18,007 bases of DNA from Clostridia bacterium (GTDB lineage: Bacteria; Bacillota; Clostridia; Christensenellales; Aristaeellaceae), in NCBI GenBank assembly GCA_045617125.1, contig JAZLIA010000019.1, positions 1 through 18,007 of the forward strand, given 5' to 3'. This document shows, one piece after another, positions 14,389-18,007 of this stretch (positions within the stretch are counted from its first letter, which is position 1; every line of letters begins with the position of its first letter). The position numbers were made by a program, and so were the translations under genes. The notes beneath the pieces are model-generated. The model did not search any database. It saw nothing but the letters and a program-made list of their open reading frames with translations, and was not told the origin of the DNA.

Positions 14389-15459
14389 TTACTCAGTTTT
14401 TTCAGTCTGATCCGGGTTTTCATCCTGCATATTGGAAAGCAGGTCATCTTCCTCGTCCTCCAGATCCTTGTCGGCCAGGCCGATATTGGTGCGGGCGCCG
14501 GGGATCCGGGGATTCAGATATTTTTCAAACACGGCGTTGGTGAAAGAGGCGTGAATGAAACGGGTGAGAGAATTGCCGAGCAACGCATACCATGCGGCGA
14601 TCAGAAGCATCGCGGTCAGCCAGTTGAGGCCGAACAATTGCACAGCCAGAAAGAACAGCGCGGTGGGCACCAGGGAGACCAGACGCACGCCTACGGTTTG
14701 CGGCAGACGGGCCAGGGCCAGGATCAGACTGTTTTTCACCAGCTGACGGAAGGTGACCTTGTAGCCCACCATCATGGGATAGGCGATCACCAGGGCCAGG
14801 AACCACACGAAGGCCAGCACCACGATCAGCATTTGAAGCACGGTGAAAAGCAGGGAGTTTTTAGTCGCCGCCATCTGACCGTAGAACTGCCAGCATTCCG
14901 CCACGATGAACGGCACCAGAGCGGAGATGGCGCTGATGCCAAGGCCCTGCTTCCAGTTATCCTTCACGGCATCCTTGAAATCGCTCCAGATGAAAGCATG
15001 CTCGTCCCGTGCCCAGTTGCGGGTCACGTAAGCCATGCCCGCCTGAACGGGGCCGGTGATCAGAATGCAGGGGATCAGGAACAGACACATCTGCGTGATC
15101 ATGCCCCACATCCAGGAGGAGCCTTGGGTCTCATCCGCTTCCGCCAGTTCCCGGAGGGCTTCAGGGGCTTCAGTGACCACACTTTCATTGGTTTCAGTGT
15201 TATAGGAAGTGATATAGCCTGTTTCCTTATATTCGGAAAGGGAACTGCTGATCATTAGGGCATTGCTGATGAAATAGATGACCACAACGATGGTGGGAAG
15301 AAATGCAAGAACAGTCATCAGGTTCATCCTGATCAGACCGGAAATGCGGATCCTCAGCATTTCCCAGAAAAGCTGCCAGCGGTTGGTGGGAAGATCGCTT
15401 TTCTTGAAATCACCTTTCCCGGCTTTTCCGTAAAAATAGTTATTCATCAGGCGGCCCAT
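14389..15459 (-). CDS. Multi-pass membrane protein, DUF624/YesL-like N-terminus, acidic C-terminal tail
   Basis: The N-terminus MGRLMNNYFYGKAGKGDFKKSDLPTNRWQLFWEMLRIRISGLIRMNLMTVLAFLPTIVVV follows the pattern seen in clostridial DUF624 proteins: a short basic stretch, then F-x-E-x-x-x-R-x-x-x-x-L-x-x-x-NLL. By eye there are at least six hydrophobic helices. The tail is DKDLEDEEDDLLSNMQDENPDQTEKTE. ATG 15459 is preferred because it lies 8 nt after GGAGG; the ATG at 15465 is only 2 nt from the RBS. Confidence 0.75.
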   Translation of the reverse strand: MGRLMNNYFYGKAGKGDFKKSDLPTNRWQLFWEMLRIRISGLIRMNLMTVLAFLPTIVVVIYFISNALMISSSLSEYKETGYITSYNTETNESVVTEAPEALRELAEADETQGSSWMWGMITQMCLFLIPCILITGPVQAGMAYVTRNWARDEHAFIWSDFKDAVKDNWKQGLGISAISALVPFIVAECWQFYGQMAATKNSLLFTVLQMLIVVLAFVWFLALVIAYPMMVGYKVTFRQLVKNSLILALARLPQTVGVRLVSLVPTALFFLAVQLFGLNWLTAMLLIAAWYALLGNSLTRFIHASFTNAVFEKYLNPRIPGARTNIGLADKDLEDEEDDLLSNMQDENPDQTEKTE

Positions 15460-15493
15460 GAACATACCCTCCTCAGAAATCGGTTATTCTCAT

Positions 15494-15531
15494 ATTATAG
15501 CATAGGGGTGCGGAGTGTGAAAAGCTTTTTT
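15494..15531 (-). promoter_or_regulatory. Putative extended -10 promoter with an upstream A-tract for the six-gene hslO operon
   Basis: The minus strand reads AAAAAAAGC (a UP-like A-tract), TTTTCA (15523-15518), an 18-nt spacer ending in TGC, then TATAAT (15499-15494). This is a TGnTATAAT extended -10. It is followed by the GGAGG RBS and the ATG at 15459. Confidence 0.5.
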
Positions 15532-15588
15532 TCCGCTGTGTGCATGCGGCAGCGGATAAATAGAAAACAAAGCAGAGCAACCGTCCGC

Positions 15589-17316
15589 TCATGTTATTGG
15601 CTCCGGAAAGGGGATCACAAAGCTGAATTCGCTGCCCTGGCCGGGTGAGGAGATCAAATGGATCTGAACGCCCAGCTTCTGCATGATCTCCCTTGCGATA
15701 GCCAGCCCCAGGCCGCTTCCCTTGTCGCTGCGGCTCTTTTCAGCCTGGTGGAAACGCTCAAAAGCCAGGCGGCAGGTTTCCTCATCCATGCCGATGCCGT
15801 TGTCTTTCACAAAGAAGCGCACGCCCTTTTCTTCCCGAAGGGCTCCCAGAATGACTCTGCCGCCCGCCGGAGTATATTTTCGGGCATTATCCAGAAAGAT
15901 GGTCAAAACCTGGCTGAGCCGGTCTTCATTGGAAAGCACGATGGGGATCTCTCCGGCGGGCAGCTCTTTTTCCAGGGAAAGAGAAGCCTTCTCGAAAAGA
16001 CTGCCGTTGCGGTCCCACAGATCATACACCAGCTCCACCGGATCCACCTTTTCTGTTTCAAATGCGTTGGTATCGGCCTGAAGGCCGCTGAGCTCCAGCA
16101 GATCGTTCACCAGGCGGGAGAGGCGGTTGCTTTCATCGGCGATGATATTGTAACAGCGGTTCCGGTCGCTTTCACTGGTGACCATATCGTCCCGAAGGCC
16201 TTCCGCCAGCCCCCGGATCGAGGCAAGCGGCGTGCGCAGCTCGTGACTGATGTTGGCCACATAATCGTGGCGGGTCCGCTCCAGACGTTCCTCTTCGGTC
16301 ACATCCCGGATAAGCGCCACATTTCCTGCGTTTTCCTCTCCGTCTGTTGGAAGGGGCGTTATGGTGTACTGCAAAATCCGTTCCCCGGCGGGGAGCCGTC
16401 CTGTGACCGGCTGATCTGTTTTTTCAGACAGGGCCTGCCATACGGTGCTGAACTCTTTGGTGTCCCTTCCGCCAAGCAGGCGAAGCGCGGCGCTGTTGGA
16501 ATGCAGAAGGGTGCCGTTTCCGTCGGCGGCCAGGATGCCTTCGCTGAGACCTTCCAGGATCAGGGTCATGGTCTCTTTTTCGTGACGCAGGTCCGTGATC
16601 ATGTGCCGGATGGCCTCGGTCATGTAGTTGAAAGTCTGTGCGATCTCTCCGACCTCCCCGGTCAGGTTCTCCGGAAGAGAGTAGCTTTCCCCTTCCCTTA
16701 TGCGGTTGGCAGCGTCGGTGAGGAGCCTTACAGTGCGGGTACCGCGCCGGGCAAAGAACCATCCCGGTAGCAGAATAAGCAGGATCAGAAGGGGAAAGGA
16801 CAGCAGCATCCTGAGCCGCAGACCGGAATTGACAGAGGACGGGTCCATTCCCGGTACCCCTGTGAGCACATAACCCTCACCGGTTTTTTCAAGCAGGATC
16901 CGATAAGAAGCAGAGGGATTAGCACGCAGGGAAAATTCCAGGATCGTGCTGTTTTCCGCCTGATCCATCAGCTCCCGCAGCTGTTTTGCGATCTCTTCGC
17001 CGTTCAGGATCTGACCGGCCCGGTCGGAAGCGGCAATGGGCAGCCTGTCTGGGCTATAGAGCACCCAGAAGGCGTCGGAGATGTTGAGGATCGGGTTCAG
17101 CTGCATTTGCAGGTCGTGAGGGCTGAAGCGTCCGTCTGTGCCGGAATACAGCAGTTCCTTGCCTGCAAGGTGAGCCCGGGCAAGCTCAGTTTCCCACACG
17201 GCGGAATAGGAAACATCTGAAAAATAGCAGGAAAGCAGAAAGGAACCGAAGGAGACCAGCAGCATGCAGCATAGCAGCAGCAGCAGAAAACGGGAAAGAT
17301 AGGAAGCTTTACGCAT
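15589..17316 (-). CDS. Sensor histidine kinase (TM, about 135-aa extracytoplasmic domain, TM, HAMP, PAS, HisKA, HATPase_c)
   Basis: The H-box is ANISHELRTPLASIRG. The N, G1 and G2 boxes are in FLDNARKYTPAGG, VKDNGIGMD and GSGLGLAIAREI. Two TM helices are present (FLLLLLCCMLLVSFGSFLLSCYF and LLSFPLLILLILLPGWFFA). A HAMP-like segment follows TM2. Its start overlaps the response-regulator stop by 8 nt (ATGCGTAA). Confidence 0.92.
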   Translation of the reverse strand: MRKASYLSRFLLLLLCCMLLVSFGSFLLSCYFSDVSYSAVWETELARAHLAGKELLYSGTDGRFSPHDLQMQLNPILNISDAFWVLYSPDRLPIAASDRAGQILNGEEIAKQLRELMDQAENSTILEFSLRANPSASYRILLEKTGEGYVLTGVPGMDPSSVNSGLRLRMLLSFPLLILLILLPGWFFARRGTRTVRLLTDAANRIREGESYSLPENLTGEVGEIAQTFNYMTEAIRHMITDLRHEKETMTLILEGLSEGILAADGNGTLLHSNSAALRLLGGRDTKEFSTVWQALSEKTDQPVTGRLPAGERILQYTITPLPTDGEENAGNVALIRDVTEEERLERTRHDYVANISHELRTPLASIRGLAEGLRDDMVTSESDRNRCYNIIADESNRLSRLVNDLLELSGLQADTNAFETEKVDPVELVYDLWDRNGSLFEKASLSLEKELPAGEIPIVLSNEDRLSQVLTIFLDNARKYTPAGGRVILGALREEKGVRFFVKDNGIGMDEETCRLAFERFHQAEKSRSDKGSGLGLAIAREIMQKLGVQIHLISSPGQGSEFSFVIPFPEPIT

Positions 17317-18007
17317 CCTCTTTCACCTCGACCTTATATCCGACCCCGTATACCGATTTGAGCAGGATATCGGTGTTTTCCGGCAGCTTTTTCCGGATGC
17401 GCTTGATGCCGGTGTCCACCACACGGGGGTCGCCGTTGAAATCAAAGCCCCAGATGCTGTCCAAAAGCTGCTCCCTTGTGAACACCTGCCGGGGGTGGCT
17501 GGTCATCAGATGGAGGATCTCCACCTCCTTGGGGCTGAGCAGCACCGGAGCACCGTCCACGGTGACTTCATAGCACTTCAAGTCGATCCTTGTGTTGCCC
17601 ACCGTGAGCACATTCTGGTCGGGATACACCTGCATCTGGTTCATTCTGCGGAAAATGACCTGGATGCGGGATACCACCTCGCGGGGGGAGAAGGGCTTCA
17701 CGATGTAGTCATCAGCGCCCAGGGCAAAGCCCAGCAGCTTATCCACCTCCTCGCCCTTGGCGGTGAGCATGATCACCGGCACGGAGGAGACCGCCCGGAT
17801 ATCCACGCACACCTGGGTGCCGCTTCGGCCGGGCATCATGATATCCAGGATCACCAGGTCGGGCCTCATCCTTTCAAAGGCTTCCATCACCTGATCGCCG
17901 CGGAATACGGAATAAACGTCATAATCCTCCCGTTCCAGATACATCCTTAAAGATTCGTGGATCCCGATCTCGTCATCAGCGATCAGGATCAGCTTTTTCT
18001 TACTCAT
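17309..18007 (-). CDS. OmpR/PhoB-family response regulator (receiver plus winged-helix DNA-binding domain)
   Basis: The receiver motifs are LIADDE, the phospho-acceptor context LVILDIMMPG, LTAKG and DDYIVKPF. The C-terminal trans_reg_C-like region reads LSPKEVEILHLMTSHPRQVFTREQLLDSIWG...RVVDTGIKRIRKKL...VYGVGYKV. The ATG lies exactly at the window end (18007). Confidence 0.92.
   Translation of the reverse strand: MSKKKLILIADDEIGIHESLRMYLEREDYDVYSVFRGDQVMEAFERMRPDLVILDIMMPGRSGTQVCVDIRAVSSVPVIMLTAKGEEVDKLLGFALGADDYIVKPFSPREVVSRIQVIFRRMNQMQVYPDQNVLTVGNTRIDLKCYEVTVDGAPVLLSPKEVEILHLMTSHPRQVFTREQLLDSIWGFDFNGDPRVVDTGIKRIRKKLPENTDILLKSVYGVGYKVEVKEDA

Noticed and set aside
15532-15556. Hairpin TCCGCTG...CAGCGGA flanked by a T-run on one side, considered as a terminator, possibly bidirectional.
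   Set aside because: The T-run precedes the hairpin on the plus strand. On the minus strand, which is the transcribed one, the hairpin is followed by A7. In neither orientation is the stem followed by a U-tract, so it does not fit an intrinsic terminator. The A-tract is better explained as a UP-like element of the adjacent promoter.
1-18007. Whole-window scan for mobile elements, CRISPR arrays, tRNA or rRNA genes, and known defence or toxin modules.
   Set aside because: No transposase, integrase or recombinase-like ORFs are present. There are no terminal inverted repeats, no regularly spaced direct repeats and no cloverleaf-like or rRNA-like segments. I saw no nuclease, helicase, methylase-restriction or Abi-type protein signatures. 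The only repeated RNA motifs are the two glycine aptamers.

Overview
This 18 kb window is GC-rich (roughly 55-60% by eye) and looks like chromosomal DNA from a Firmicutes/Clostridia-type organism. That call is an inference from AGGAGG-type ribosome-binding sites, sigma-A-like promoters, a tandem glycine riboswitch and the gene content. I support 16 coding regions. Thirteen are on the minus strand; only a small-ORF-plus-GNAT block at 4691-6389 is on the plus strand. From left to right the window holds these units. (1) The end of a CUT2/ribose-type sugar ABC transporter operon, made of an ATPase and a permease; the permease is missing from the ORF track because it runs off the left edge. (2) A secreted, membrane-anchored 5'-nucleotidase/metallophosphatase with its own promoter and terminator. 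(3) A plus-strand unit with a near-consensus promoter, a 35-codon ORF, an intrinsic terminator and two translationally coupled GNAT acetyltransferase genes, the second being a tandem-GNAT fusion. (4) A tandem glycine riboswitch with a terminator, driving an alanine/glycine:cation symporter gene and a GAF-domain free methionine-(R)-sulfoxide reductase gene (msrC/yebR type). (5) A tightly packed six-gene minus-strand operon. It encodes a DUF624/YesL-like membrane protein, a SAM methyltransferase, Hsp33 (hslO), a TPR-like protein, a HEAT-like protein and a zinc-ribbon/TM/TPR/Fn3-like surface protein. (6) An OmpR-family response regulator and a HAMP-PAS histidine kinase pair. I found no tRNA or rRNA genes, CRISPR arrays, transposases, integrases or recognisable defence genes. 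The most unusual signal is structural. The last codons of the 35-codon ORF contain an 11-nt exact complement of the 5' arm and loop of the downstream terminator. This gives a terminator/antiterminator choice in front of GNAT genes that have no promoter of their own, and it looks like a ribosome-mediated attenuator. The hslO-centred operon of mostly uncharacterised proteins is the second item worth follow-up. All family assignments come from motif recognition by eye; no searches were run.
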